The notes beneath the pieces were generated by a model. It did not search any database. It had not been told where the DNA came from and was given only the letters and a program-made list of their open reading frames with translations. Both the position numbers and the translations under genes were made by a program. Shown here in pieces: positions 36,992-49,938 of a DNA stretch of 64,000 bases. The DNA is from Bugula neritina (taxonomy: Eukaryota; Animalia; Bryozoa): positions 21,451,504-21,515,503 of the forward strand of contig OZ037765.1 in assembly GCA_964035545.1 (NCBI GenBank). The letters are read 5' to 3'. The stretch's first letter is position 1. The number at the start of each line of letters is the position of its first letter.

Positions 36992-39900
36992 ATGTCGGAG
37001 AACTGGGTCACTGTTTCATCTAAGTCAATAAAGAAACCGTCGCAAGCTCAAAAAAAGCAAAATGGATCAGCAACTGTTAGTAAACCTACTTATTCAGATG
37101 CACCAAAAGGTATTTCTTCTTGGTTTAGTGACTCAATAATAACGTTCCCTTTTTATTCATTGTAACAGTTTACATGAATAAGTCTTTCCAGCATTTCTTG
37201 TAATTTTTATAATCTCAAAGAGTGCGTGATATTTTAGCTCCAGTGTTTGGTGAAAAGTCGCAGTTTGATGCTCTAACTGTTACCAATAAAAAATCTCGCC
37301 CACCTACTCCTAAGGCAGATGGAGATGTGGCCAAGCCCAAGTCATCTATACCTAGACCATCAAAGAAAGATGGAGCGAAGAAATCTGGAGCTAAGCATAC
37401 ACTTGAGACTGTAGCCCCAACTGTAAGATTTGTGCCTTTTTATTTCATTATTTGACTTTTACACTGCTTTCATAATTCAATAAAAGACTGTTGTTGATTT
37501 CTTGTAGTTGAGTGGGCAGCAGTTTGAAGAATTGTACCAAAAAATTAGAGAATTATTTCCTGATAACCCCTTAACTTGGCTAAAAGATCTGACTGGACAC
37601 TTAAATCTTAAACTTGATCAGCTCGGTCAAGCTAATCCTGTTTTTTCAGGTCAACCAGAAGGTAACTTAATAATCTGTATCGGTTTTGTGTCAGTGTCTG
37701 GGTGAATGATATACTTTAACTACTAGCCAACTTGGCAACAGGTTTTCAAGTTTATTTACTCTCAAATCGTACCCTTGAAAAATGGGAAAAATAGAAATTG
37801 CATAAGTAAGTAGTAACAATATAAATCAAAAGTCAGAGAAACACCATGAACATCACAGAACCAAAAAAAAATGACATGAGCTATTATAATTCTAGTAAAA
37901 CTTACAATATTGATGCATAGATAAACTTCTTTGCCATCACAATGCCAAAACCGATGGTCTATTCTCACAAAGAGTGTAAATGTTGGAGTCTAACTGTGTG
38001 CTCGTATAATGTTGAAAATGCTCCTCTCTGGCTGTTTGATTATGACACACTGACTTGTGCAGTGCAGTGAATTATAGCACTAGCCCTGCCAGCTAATAAT
38101 AGCTTTTGGTGAAAGCTTTAAAGCAAGAAAGCTTTAATGATTGGTGGCATATCAATCACAGCTAAGTTGGTTGACTCTAAGTTCTTATGAAAGTATTTAG
38201 TGTTTTATGGGGATCTCCACTTTATCATTAGTGCATAAATGTTCACTGACAATGAAATCATCATGTACTTGGAGCTTGTCCTCTATTGTAATGTATATTA
38301 TAGTTATTGTTATTGCTCTTGGTAGATTACCCAAGTTGCCTTATCAAACCAGAAGTGAAAAAGGTGCTCAACAAATCTATTAGAGATTGCTCTTTTGATA
38401 TGCTGCAAGTCTTTGTTGAACAGTTGATTCAGTCTATTGCAACAGATATGAGCAAAGGTGTGTACTTCTTCACACTAGGCTATTGAGTTTGTGGCTTCAA
38501 AAATATGTAATTGTGTAAAGAATAATAATGTTATTGTTTTGCATTCTACATATTATTTTCAGCCATTTTCATATTTAGCCTGCCTATTAGCCCTTTGCAG
38601 TTGCTAGAATTACCTGTGACTGTAGATTGCTATGTATTATTTACTGCACTGAATGTTTCTATAGTGCCCTATTGTTATCTTTGTTGTGTCTTTGCTTATA
38701 GGCTTCTCTGTGTATGGCTCTCAAATTGTAGCACAGATGTTATTAAAATATAAGCCACAGCTATCAGCATTGCAAACCAAAAAGGTAACATGATGATTAT
38801 ATTCACTTTAAAAGCAGTATAGTTTATTAATACTATCAAATGTTTCAGATCAGATTTGGGCACAAGAAAATGCAATTTGAGTTCTATTAGAATTATGTTA
38901 AAGTGGTTAGTTACTCCAGAATGTGATGTGGCTTCTCATTAGTTTTATATGAGTCTATAGTGTTTAATTCTGTGCTTTTTTATCTCACACAGTTTCATTA
39001 CCTGTTTTATCTGCTGTTTATATTGCAGCAAATGTTTGTTCCATTATAACTCAAGGGGTTGTAATACAACTTGTGTTGTTCTAAAACCATTCATGCAGGT
39101 GTAAATAGAGAATTTTGATTACTTTAAATGCAGATTAAAGTATATACTTTTTTTGAAAAATTTAAATTATAAGAATTTATTGATTACTTTCTATCATTGC
39201 GTTTTATTATATTATGGTATTTTAAATTATCTAAGGCAATCAATACAAACTATAAATTAAAGATAATGCAGCATTGACGAGAACTTTTAATGAATAATAT
39301 GAGTCAGTGTTCTATACGACCACTGGGCCACGTCAAGGTTTTTGCGTGAAGTGGATCATGTAAAGCATTCCTATGAAGTTTCTGGCTTATCATCTTTTAC
39401 TAGTCTATAAATGCTCATGAGAAATTGTGAAAACATGATTTGTGGCTTTAGATTCTGTAGTTCTCAACTAGTTGAAACACTTTTATGTTAAAAGTGTGTA
39501 GAGTGTTTGTACATTTTTTACAGTTTCAAGAGCTAGTAATTGCTAACAAAAACTTTCCTGCTAAATGTCAGACTATCATGTGGGTGCTTGGACAGGGTGG
39601 TGTGCACAACTTGGACGTTGGACTAAAAGGTATCTCCTTTTGCTTCTAAACAAAATTAGGTGTTAATTAACATTTTCAATATAAGAAGTTGCCTGCCCTT
39701 AGTTCTATAAAGTTGTTCCTAGAAAGCTGAACTAAACAGTAGCGCCATCTTTGAACATGCTAGTCACTGAAATGCTATCACAGGAATACTGTGTAGTTAC
39801 ATTAGTGAACCAATAATCAAGTAGCTGCCTAGAAAGAAAGTAGCTGTCTTTATCATTATCATGGGCTATACGACAGTTTCTGCATGTGTGGCCCATACAT

Positions 39901-42900
39901 ACATACCACACACACCGAGAGAGCTCGAGAGCGCATAAGCCACCAAATTAAAGTGGAGTGATACAGTGTCGCTTTCCTTATAAAAACTTTTAGGGTTACT
40001 AACTTTGACCTTAAATTTTAGATGTTAGAAATTTGTATAAATAAAAAAAAGCATTTTATTTGCTACAAATTGATGTGTAGTGTGGCTAGTTGGTAGAAGA
40101 TATTTAACAAACTATTTTAAAGACAAATGTTTCAGATTTTTTGATTTGTCGTTAGTCTTTCAAATTATTACTTTCTAACAAGTGCATTGGTTTTAGTATT
40201 CCAAATAATGCACTGGGCAACTTGATCACCCAAATTAATTGCAGCTTACTTCACCCTGTCTCACGTATATTCACTGAATTTTAGTGTGGTCGACTGTAAT
40301 GCTCCCTGTTATTGATGTCAAGACTCTTGCTCCATACGCTGTCGAATACTTGACAAAACTGCTTAAGAAACACGCTGATGGTGTTGACAAAGTTGGCAGT
40401 GTAATAGATATGCAGCAATATTTTCTGGTTTTCGATGCTACATTCTCTGATAACTTCAGTTTGCACGCCAGTCTACGGAAGGTTATGAGGGGGCATTATC
40501 CTACACTGAAGGTGATTATACTTCCCTCTGTTTTAGATTGCCTTAGTTACTTTGTGTTGTAGCTATCCGTAACAGCATGATCTTAAGTATTTTCATATTT
40601 CAGTATTATAGTTCAGTATTTTTACATAATTTTGACCTAGAAAGATTTTTGGGTTTGTACTGTAGAGGTTGGACCTTAACTGTGTAATCGATATTTTCAT
40701 GTCTTGTTGGGACAACTCCAAATTGATCTAATACATGAAAAAGGGGGGTAATGCTGATAATAAACATCTTATCAAGTTTGCACATGTTGGTTAAACTGGT
40801 TTGCAGCTGCAAATTGAAATCGTTTGAATTATTAACATATTTGCAAATAGGAAAACAATGTTGAAATAGTCTAAATCTGTCTGGTTTTTAGTTTCGAACT
40901 GTTATTTTCATTTAATTGCTCAACCCTTAAAATTACCTAATTTGCTTGGCCAAATGTTAAAATTGACAAGTTTGTTAGTAACTAGTCTGAAGTTTTTAGA
41001 AGGAATCTTTTCTATTTTTAGAAACTTGTGCCGATATTGTGATAAAACCAGAGCTGTCTATGTCAAGCATAAACCTGGCTTCTGCTGGTGTTTTATTTAA
41101 CACCAGCAGAATATGTTTAGAGTTAGTAGCTTTAGGTTTGAAACACAAATTACCGCTCTGCTTGCTTGTGGTTCTTTATAGCTTGTTAGCAATGGTTTTT
41201 ATGTCAGCATGTTATATGAATGTTTAGTCAAAGTTTTCTTTTGTTATTACAGAAACTTACAGTTGGAAAGATGTCTGGAAATGCCTATCAAAAGTCCTTT
41301 CCCTCCTTCCTAGCTAGACTGAAATCAACTTCCTCTAAAACTGATGTTCAGAAGGAACTCCTAGAAAATGCTGTGCTTACTTTGGTTTCTGAACCTCAGT
41401 GCTTTCATGTGTGGCAAAAGGTTTACCCAGAATACTTAGTCCAAAGCAGGTATGCTGTATTTCTATGGTATGTGTTTTTATATACGAAGAACACTTTTAA
41501 GCACCGTTGGAAAAGTTGAAACACGTTTAAGTTTGACAATAGTGAATATTATGATGAAGCTGAGAAATTTGAACTGCCTTTTATGTGGAACAATTCTCTC
41601 ACTTTAATCTGCTCCTACTTTTTCTTTGCTAGTGTTGGTGAAATTTTACTCTGTTGTATTTGGTTTTCTGTGTCCTCCATCTATCCTTCTGGTTGTTGTG
41701 CCTAGTAAATTATTACTTGACCTTCTCTTTATTCTCTCATGTTTCTCCTTTTTACAACTTACATGACATTTTTCTCTTAATTCCACACTTTTCCCTAAAC
41801 CAGTTTTCAATTTAATAAGAATTGTCTCTCCACACATTGTTGTTCTACCAAAGATGAGATGTTGCAATTGTAGCTAAAGATTGCTCTCTGATTGGAGCCA
41901 AAACCATATTTTTAGTGTGGAATTCAATTCATCAACATTCTAGTGTTCAGTAGCTCTTCTAGTGACTGGTTACTTGTAAGATCTGACAAATGCACTTTAA
42001 ACAATATTGCAGGAGGGTTAAATCTTCAAGGGTGACTGCAAAGTGCCATGCCTACTCCTCTTTTAGTTCAGCTTTTTTCTTAAACCTATTTTTCATCAAA
42101 TGTAGGTTCTAAAAATAGTTCAGCTTTTTCACTGTCACAGTACAGCTATTTTATAATGCATTCAATAGCTCTGACTGGGCTTTTTAGTGTTCTTCTCAAT
42201 CATTTGGCTGACAACTGGCAGGAGAACTGCTCTCGTGGACTTGACTATAAACTGGTTAAAGAAACTGTCGACTCTTTCAAAGAGAAGAACAGCTCCTACT
42301 CAAATAAAACTGTTGGCTTGGAGGCATCCACTAGTGCTTGTCTAGTGAGTTTAATTATTCGCATTGTATCTAGTCAACTACAATATTTTGCTATAGTATA
42401 TTTCAGAGTAGATAATAGTAATAATATGTTTGGTGGTTTTAGTGAGTTACAAAAGCTTTGCTTTGATCGAATCCCAATCGTTTTAATGTTTTATATCATC
42501 ATATAAATTCATGTTTAGAAGTTTTTATGCTTACAGAGATTTGACGAGGTGCAAATTCCAGCAGCTAGGAGCTCGATGTCGATTTCCCAGAGCATTTTGA
42601 TAGTGAGTTTCCTAGCCGTGTTAAGTTTGGTGGCATTTGATATTCACCAGAATGGAGGGTTTAAGGGTGAGTACTGCTTATTCAGATCTTTATTTATGAA
42701 TTTTTGAAGGTTAAGGCCTGACCACACAATGAGTATCACACAAAAGTCGTGTGGATATTTTCGTGAGTTATCCTCTTGTTATTGATCAGCTACACGTTCG
42801 TTGGACACATAATAAATAGTCCAAGTGAATGGGTATTGCACGAGATAAAAACAGCAGAAGATTTCCAGACACGAAAACATGGTAGGGCTGAAATAATCAC

Positions 42901-45021
42901 TGTTGCTAAAATTCTATTGACCAATCAAGTGGTGCTTATTGTCAATTGTGATCTTTCATCCATCATCTTCGGTGGGTGCATTCACCGAACACAATTTCGT
43001 ATGAGCTCACTGAACTTTGATCTTGTCTTTCAGTGTGATTCTCATGAGTGTGTGGCTTAGGGAAGCTTGAATTATATTTCTCTATTAAATTTTTCTGTTG
43101 AATTTCTTTGGATAGTTGTATTCACATTACTCATTTTAAGCAAGACAGTTGTTGTGGACTAATGTGTGTATTATGAATGAATTCCTTGCTTTAATTGTCT
43201 CTGTGGTGGTTTTCTAGGAAGCACATCAAGGAAGCTAATGAATGATGCTGGGATTGATGTGATTATTGCCAATCTCTTTTCACATCTAAGCTCCACATTT
43301 ACAGTTATCAAAAAGTTTTTAATCAAGTAAGTTCTTTTTGTGTAAGTTTAATTTTGCCTGCCAAAGGAATGATTCAATTATTGCTGTTTCCTTGTATTCT
43401 GTATACATAATGTTGCAGGATTTGTGTTGTATTGTGTGATTGTAGAAATATTCCAATATGGATTGAAACCACAGTGGTATATGTAGAACCAGCTCTAGAT
43501 TTTATATGGAACTATGCAGTTGCAGGAGTGAAATACTTGCTAGCAGTTTCTAAGCCTTTGAGAATGTGGCTTGCAGAAAATGTACCATATTTTATAGACT
43601 GGGTATGCTTATAATACTATATTGTGTTTATATATAGTATTACAAGTGTGTTGAGAAATACTCTAACATTTTTTCTATAGATGAACATGTTGACTAATTT
43701 GCTTTGGTATGGAGGAAATTCTCAATTAGTTTTGCACATGTAAAGTATTTTCTACACTCAACTGCATATGCTTACTCATTATAGTGTTTATACAGGTGTA
43801 TTTCAGCCTTCTGGCAATAATATTAGAATTAAAATAGTTGCAATATCTGACACAAACAGAAATTGATTTTTGGCTCAAATCCAAGCTCTAATGTTCTAAT
43901 AAAATTGATTTTCGTAGTTTCAAGTGCTGCTAGCTTTGAAAATGATGCTCTAGAGTCTTAGATATTAACCTAGAAAGTATGAATTTGTTGAAAGTCTATT
44001 CACTAGAAGACAAATAAGTTGATATTATTTTTATTAAGCTTGGTTCTTTTCCTGTCTTGTTGGACTGGTAGCAGTACCTTTTATTAGTACATTTCTACCA
44101 ATGACCCATGTGATCACCAACTCTCTGCCATCTGATAATTGTTGAGTTTCCTGTGTTGAGATCCATAGAGATCCTGAATGGTTCAGTGGTTAGAGCACTT
44201 TCTTGGTATTCATTAGGTCACGAGTGCTAGGTCATGGGTGGAAATCCTAGCAGAGTCATTTTGATCTTGAGAAGGGTGGTTTTTTCATAATCTTAAAAGC
44301 TCTCAAACTATGTTGTCGACATTGTGAAGAGCACAGTAAAATTCCCAGTACTGATAGTCACAGGGGTGAAGAATTTAGGTTATTCAAACTTATTAAGTGG
44401 TGGCAAGCTAATATAGTGTATATGCCACATTGATAACATATGCTAACAGATATTTTACTAATATCTTCATTAATTCAATTTTAATGTTTTTAAAGCATTA
44501 CAATATAACTTTTCACTTGGTTTTTAAAAAAGATTGTAACAGTATTTGTTAGTGAGAAAACTGTTGGTTGAGTTTTTTTGTATTATATTTGCTTCTTGAA
44601 ACCATGTAATTTATTCTACATGTCACAAATGTGTTTATATTCAGCCTTTTCTCTTAACATTTAATGATGATGTAACTCGTTATCAGCTTAACAAAAATAC
44701 ATTTGCTTTTGCTGTAAAGCATTTCAGAGTTTTGGTGGTGTTTGGAGGGTTGAGTAATGTTTTGTTTGGTTGCCAGCAAATAAGATATTATATTACAACA
44801 AAATGCTAGCTATGCTAGTTTATTTTAGTATGTTTTATGTTATAAGAAATTTTCAAACTTTGTTTTTGTATGCTGCAGTGCTTTAAGTAAGTGTTGTAAT
44901 TTCTTTTTAGCTGATTATGCATCCAGTTTGGACTATTCTTTATAACTATTTGGTGAACATTTGGTCATTCGTTGAACCCTACCTCCAGACAGTACAAGAA
45001 AAAGTCCAACAAATGTTTTGA
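36992..45021 (+). CDS. TMEM214: Transmembrane protein 214, multi-exon
   Basis: Motifs 'MSENWVTVSSK', 'LFPDNPLTWLKDLTGHLNLKL', 'KCQTIMWVLGQGG..GLKVWSTVMLPV', 'FPSFLARL..ELL..L..EPQCFHVWQKVY..YLVQS..LLNHL..W' and a TM followed by 'FDIHQNGGFKGS'. The last exon is taken as 44911-45021; the 3' exon structure is less certain. Confidence 0.9.
42715..43061. mobile_element. Degenerate MITE (PIF/Harbinger-like) in a TMEM214 intron
   Basis: Imperfect TIRs GGCCTGACCACACAATGAGTATCACA and TGTGATTCTCATGAGTGTGTGGCTTAGG, with TAA on the left flank and a CpG-richer interior. Confidence 0.5.
44176..44290 (+). mobile_element. Degenerate tRNA-derived SINE head
   Basis: A-box-like TGGTTCAGTGGTTAGAGCAC followed by a decayed B-box-like GGTCATGGGTGGAAATCC. 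Confidence 0.45.
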
Positions 45022-45398
45022 TGTGCTACTTTCTCCTCTCATTCATGACAGACAAAATCCCAAATTTCTATGCACTCACCTTGTGTAACTATTTTTACTA
45101 CACGTGTTACATTGTTTAATTCAATAAACTATGATGATGAGAAGCTCAAAATAATATTGTTTATGTTTAATAATAAATCATAATTAATATAGGAAGAATA
45201 ACTATATATAACAATGCAAAATAAGTTTCAATTTCTAAGGGCTGCATGATATAAATTATATAGGCTTCCACATTTACACAAATGAAAATTCAAAGAGAGA
45301 GCTAAAACTGGTGTTTATTGGCTGCTTTCATGGTTTATTGATTTCTGTGTTTAAAACCATATTTGTCTTTGCCGCTGTTACATTTTTCTTGTTCATTA

Positions 45399-46541
45399 AT
45401 GCAATCAGATTGTGAAATGGCACCAGGGATTAATATAAGCTACTTCAAAATAGTTCAAGATTCTGGTGAAGTAACGGTGTACTTTTCAATTTGGAATGAT
45501 TTAAACATGCCAAGCTCGCCAAGTCCAGTTCTAGCTGCTCTCCTAATTGGAATAGCAGTTTTTCTTGCTGTGGAAAGCATTTACTTTTTAATTATATTTA
45601 TTTATGATAAGAGTTTTCGGACTGCTTCCAACATATTTGTCATTAACTCCACTTTAATCTGGATTCTATTTCTTCCTCTAAGCACTTTCATTTTCAAGGC
45701 TGCAGCTGCAGGAGAGTGGCTGTCTGGATTATTTGCCTGTAAATACTCTGGCTATTGCGTTCTTTTTCTTTCTCGCATGTCAATGTGGACAATGGCTGCC
45801 ATCGCTGTTGATCGGTATAGAGTTATAACTTCACCTTCAAAACAACAACTGACCAATCTATCATCTGTAGTAGTCATTGCCATCATTTGGATTGTTGGGT
45901 TGGCAGTCCTATCTCCATACTTCATTTTCTACAAGCTGATCGAAGTCAAAGTAAATGGCAAGCCTTACACAATCTGTACAAGAGACAAGCCTCCTGGTGC
46001 AACAGTTCTCACCCTTTTTGTTGTCTTTGAACAATTTATTGCACCTCTCCTTGTAATTACAGTGAGTTACGTGAGACTTTGGAGATATATAAAAATGAGT
46101 AGAGCCAAACTGCAGAAAAGTATAGCTAGTGGAAAGGTTTCGGTGATTCAAGACAGCCTGTGCCTTGATAAGCAAAAGACCATATACTCCGAGTCTATGA
46201 TGATTTTGACACAGCAACGAGAAAAACGAAATCGCCAATATCGGAAGTTGATTAAATCTCTCATTCTAATTGTAACGACATTTGTTGTGATGTGGATGCC
46301 ACTGGCAGCTCTGTTCTCAGCTGTGACTTTTGATATGATTATGGAGTCCTATAGGCTAAGATCATACCAGATGTTGCTAGGTCTTCTTATCATGTCTACT
46401 AATATTGTTATCACACCGATATTCTATTTGGTTTCTAACAGCCAAATTAGCCTGCTTTGTTGTAAAAGGAAGCCTCAACAGAGAATGGGACAATTTAATG
46501 CAATTAAATCTATAAATAAAGTTAGTAGCACATTATGCTAG
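45399..46541 (+). CDS. Intronless class A GPCR (loosely FFAR4-like orphan)
   Basis: Seven hydrophobic segments, C3.25 'FACKY', DRY, W4.50, ECL2 Cys 'YTICT', TM6 'MWMP' and TM7 'TPIFY'. The first ATG is at 45399 (alternative 45417); the ORF track starts it at a TTG (45363). Confidence 0.9.
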   Translation: MQSDCEMAPGINISYFKIVQDSGEVTVYFSIWNDLNMPSSPSPVLAALLIGIAVFLAVESIYFLIIFIYDKSFRTASNIFVINSTLIWILFLPLSTFIFKAAAAGEWLSGLFACKYSGYCVLFLSRMSMWTMAAIAVDRYRVITSPSKQQLTNLSSVVVIAIIWIVGLAVLSPYFIFYKLIEVKVNGKPYTICTRDKPPGATVLTLFVVFEQFIAPLLVITVSYVRLWRYIKMSRAKLQKSIASGKVSVIQDSLCLDKQKTIYSESMMILTQQREKRNRQYRKLIKSLILIVTTFVVMWMPLAALFSAVTFDMIMESYRLRSYQMLLGLLIMSTNIVITPIFYLVSNSQISLLCCKRKPQQRMGQFNAIKSINKVSSTLC

Positions 46542-47056
46542 AGATAAGTGTACATCTTTTGAAGACTTTAAAAACTGTAGGCTAAAACAATAAATTATGC
46601 TTTGGACAACTAAAAAGATCATTTTTCCTGTGAAGGTAAGTTCATGGGATTTCGAAAATTTAAAGCTATTTTTTCTAATGATTTTCTGCTAAGCAATTCA
46701 TAGACTTAGTTAAGAACTTGTGCTATTAAAGTTTTTTTGCTGTTTCAATTAATTTTTTTACAAACTGTGTGTAAAGGTTTCTAGTTGTTTCTCTTTTAGT
46801 ATAAGGGATGCAGATGCAAAAGTTTATTATTCTTTTAGATATTATTGATACTATTGGTTTCTAGCTACAAATAAATCAAAATACATATCCAAAGTTCTGA
46901 TTGAAGATCATCTGTGTGATGCCTAGCCAACGAAAACCTAAAGCAACTTGTTACTGTTTCCAAAATTGAAATTGTGTTTTATTTATACATGTAATCATAT
47001 TTGGAAAACAGCATTATATTTTTTAAAGAATACCAATGCATGGTGTCCAACTAGAG

Positions 47057-47100
47057 CAGGGGTGTCTAACCTTTTTGAGGTGTGGGCAACTAGAATGAAA
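47057..47100 (+). mobile_element. Possible hAT transposon 5' terminus (truncated)
   Basis: CTAGAG|CAGGGGTGTCTAACCTTTT resembles hAT termini and their target preference. No matching right TIR was found. Confidence 0.35.
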
Positions 47101-47509
47101 CATTCTTAGTAAAATTTAGATTGGGGGGAGGGGGGCACAGTATTAGTGTTTTTCGAATTATTTTATTCAAAATTCCTATAAATCATTACACAATAAAGCC
47201 CCCAATTAACTACTGCAGGCTGCATTTTTTGTTGAATGTATATAAATAAGACATCTCTAGGTGTCTTTTCCACTGCAATTCGAATATTCCTGCAAAATAA
47301 GTCTATTTTTTATGCTTTTTGAGAGCCACATAAATGTACGTTAAGTCCCACCTTCGGTCAAAATCAAATGACAAAAATAGGTATTTATTGAAAATGTTAA
47401 GTTATATCAACAAAGTTTGAGTTTCAACTACAATAGGTTCATAACTAGAAAACATTATTGGCATTAGTTTATAACAACTCGAACACGCCCACACACGCAC
47501 ACGTGTGTA

Positions 47510-47512
<3 letters not shown>

Positions 47513-47584
<72 letters not shown>
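47513..47584. repeat. (TA)n microsatellite with degenerate TAATGTATATA/TAATGCATA extension
   Basis: About 35 TA units, read directly; degenerate units continue to ~47660. Confidence 0.95.
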
Positions 47585-47586
<2 letters not shown>

Positions 47587-47896
47587 GTATATATATAATG
47601 TATATATATAATGCATATGTAATAATGCATATGTAATAATGTATATATATAATAATGCATAACTGTATGAAATATCCAACTTCTTTTGGAGTTGATGAGT
47701 TTCTGCAAATCGTAAAGTGTATTCAATAGTTTAGTGTACATTGTTAGCGACAGTTTTAGTGGGTCATACTCTGAATTTTAGGATAAAATACTACATTGAA
47801 TAACAACATTAAATAACAGCACGCATCGAACTGCACAACTGGATATTTCAAAAGCATTGTAAACTGATAAACTTCCGTTAATAACATTATGTGCAA

Positions 47897-48853
47897 TCAA
47901 CTATTTTCTGTATTCTTAGAAACATTTTCGGTTGGTTGCACTTTGATTGTCTTAACTCGAAGAATTTTCAGGATTTGAGCTCTGTAGCCAGGAGTCATTA
48001 CAATGTATACAACAATGTTCAAGGTACCATAAATAGCTTGGTAATAGATAGATATCCACCTAGTCACAATAGCTATTTCCTTTGACAAATTTTTAATTAC
48101 ATTAAAGATTACTGACAGAAAAGTTGGAATGTAAAGCAAGTAAAATGTAATACAGATAATCAAAATGTATTGAGCTGATCTTTTCACAATTAACTCATCT
48201 GCTCCAGCAGTGTTCCTCTGCTGCATATTTTTAAGTTCTCTCCAAGTTTTCGATAGGAGAACCACGCACATTATCAACGTTATTGTTATAGAGCTTGAAA
48301 AAACCATATCCGCTTGAGTATTGAACTCAATTGGCATAGATCCAAAGACGCTAAAACAGTAGTTCCTGGTGTCAGTTGCTAAAGGAACACCCATCACAAT
48401 AAGACTAGTTATCCATATTGCCCCAAGACAAACTCCTAAGTTGTTAAGCACTTTGTTTGTTTGTACATTGAATGGTCGACATATGGGGACATATCTTTCA
48501 TAGCTGCCAGTTAACAGAATGAGATTCCGAGCAAAGTATGTGGCAAAACCAAGTATGTTGATTACAACTTGATACACCAGTACCTCTTTATCTGATAGTT
48601 TGACTACTAGCCTGTTCAGGTCACAGCTGACGAATAAGGTAAAGACTGCACCTGTCGCTATGTCTGAAATTCCAATATTCACTACGACCCAAAAATATCC
48701 ATTTCTCTTTGACTTGTTTAAACTTGTCAGCACAATCAAGTTGAGAATGTTGCATGCAACACCAAAAATGTTGAGTACCATTGAAACTGTAGGAATAGTA
48801 GAATTAGCACAAAGTTCTGTTCCGTTTTCACACAAGAAGCTGTTGTTCTCCAT
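47897..48853 (-). CDS. Intronless orphan class A GPCR, 318 aa
   Basis: N-terminal N-glycosylation sequons, TM1 'ACNIL', TM2 'NIGISD', 'ERYVPICRP', W4.50, TM6 'YIP' and TM7 'LNIVVY'. Confidence 0.9.
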   Translation of the reverse strand: MENNSFLCENGTELCANSTIPTVSMVLNIFGVACNILNLIVLTSLNKSKRNGYFWVVVNIGISDIATGAVFTLFVSCDLNRLVVKLSDKEVLVYQVVINILGFATYFARNLILLTGSYERYVPICRPFNVQTNKVLNNLGVCLGAIWITSLIVMGVPLATDTRNYCFSVFGSMPIEFNTQADMVFSSSITITLIMCVVLLSKTWRELKNMQQRNTAGADELIVKRSAQYILIICITFYLLYIPTFLSVIFNVIKNLSKEIAIVTRWISIYYQAIYGTLNIVVYIVMTPGYRAQILKILRVKTIKVQPTENVSKNTENS

Positions 48854-49872
48854 TTTCTTGCAGCCAGTCTTCAGAAATATTCAGTATAAAGATTCAGACA
48901 GAGTAAATTATGCAACAGATTACAGTTTTGAACTTCCTCAGCAGAAAGTCAATTTTCTAACTGAGAAATGGTCAGAAACATGTTTGAAAATACAATTAGG
49001 AAGAAACTTTTTAGAATAAGTCAAGTTTGATAATCAATATCTTGATATTGTAAAGCTTGCAACAGAGCTTTTAAGACTGTAAAGTTGGCAATAGGCCATG
49101 TACAGAAATTGTCTATTCCCATATGTGTCAAGACTTTAAAGTTGATATAAAATATTAAATATAAACACATGTCTTAGTTGATTGAAAATGTAATTACTAG
49201 TATCATTGTAATGGATAACATAGAATTGTTGCTTCTATTAATACATGTTTAAATCAATAATTCTTGCTTCAGTATTATCTTACAGAAAGAGAAGATTGCA
49301 AAACATGACACACTGGTTATTCTCAGTAATATTTCATTATAATTGGGCTATAGAAGGCTACATCTTTTTACAATGATTGATGGTTTTAAACATTTGCTTC
49401 ATTTCATGTGCCGTACAGAACTGTTTTATTTAGCTTAATATATGCCGTAAAATCTTCATTCTGACATACATATATTCTATAAAAGTTTTGAACAGAAATT
49501 TTGGTTGATTAAAAATATAATTATTATTCCCATCATAATAAATAGCATAGAAATGTGATAATTACAACTAAAATATGTATATAGTTTTGCATTGTTATAA
49601 TGACAGCAACTCTATAGACATGTATAAGCTTTTCCTATAAAGGTTTGATACCAGTTGCCACAAATGTCACCAAATTGATCAACAAAAGCCTAACTTTTCG
49701 AGCTCAACTGAATAAATGGTACCAGTCACTACATGTGGCTATTGTGTGAAAAAAATGCTATATAGTTAGGTATAAAAATATTTTGTTCAAGCCTATATTA
49801 CAATTATATAATGTTTAATTATTTCTGCATGCGCAGTACATATAGTAAATTCTGTTGATTTCGACCCTATTT

Positions 49873-49875
<3 letters not shown>

Positions 49876-49934
<59 letters not shown>
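49876..49934. repeat. (AT)n microsatellite
   Basis: About 29 AT units, read directly. Confidence 0.95.

Positions 49935-49938
<4 letters not shown>

Noticed and set aside
47464-47741. ORFs rich in YI repeats
   Set aside because: These are translations of the (TA)n microsatellite.
45909-49019. Antisense ORFs overlapping the two GPCRs (45909-46238, 47891-48085, 48600-49019)
   Set aside because: These are shadow ORFs on the opposite strand of real coding sequence, with no independent motifs.
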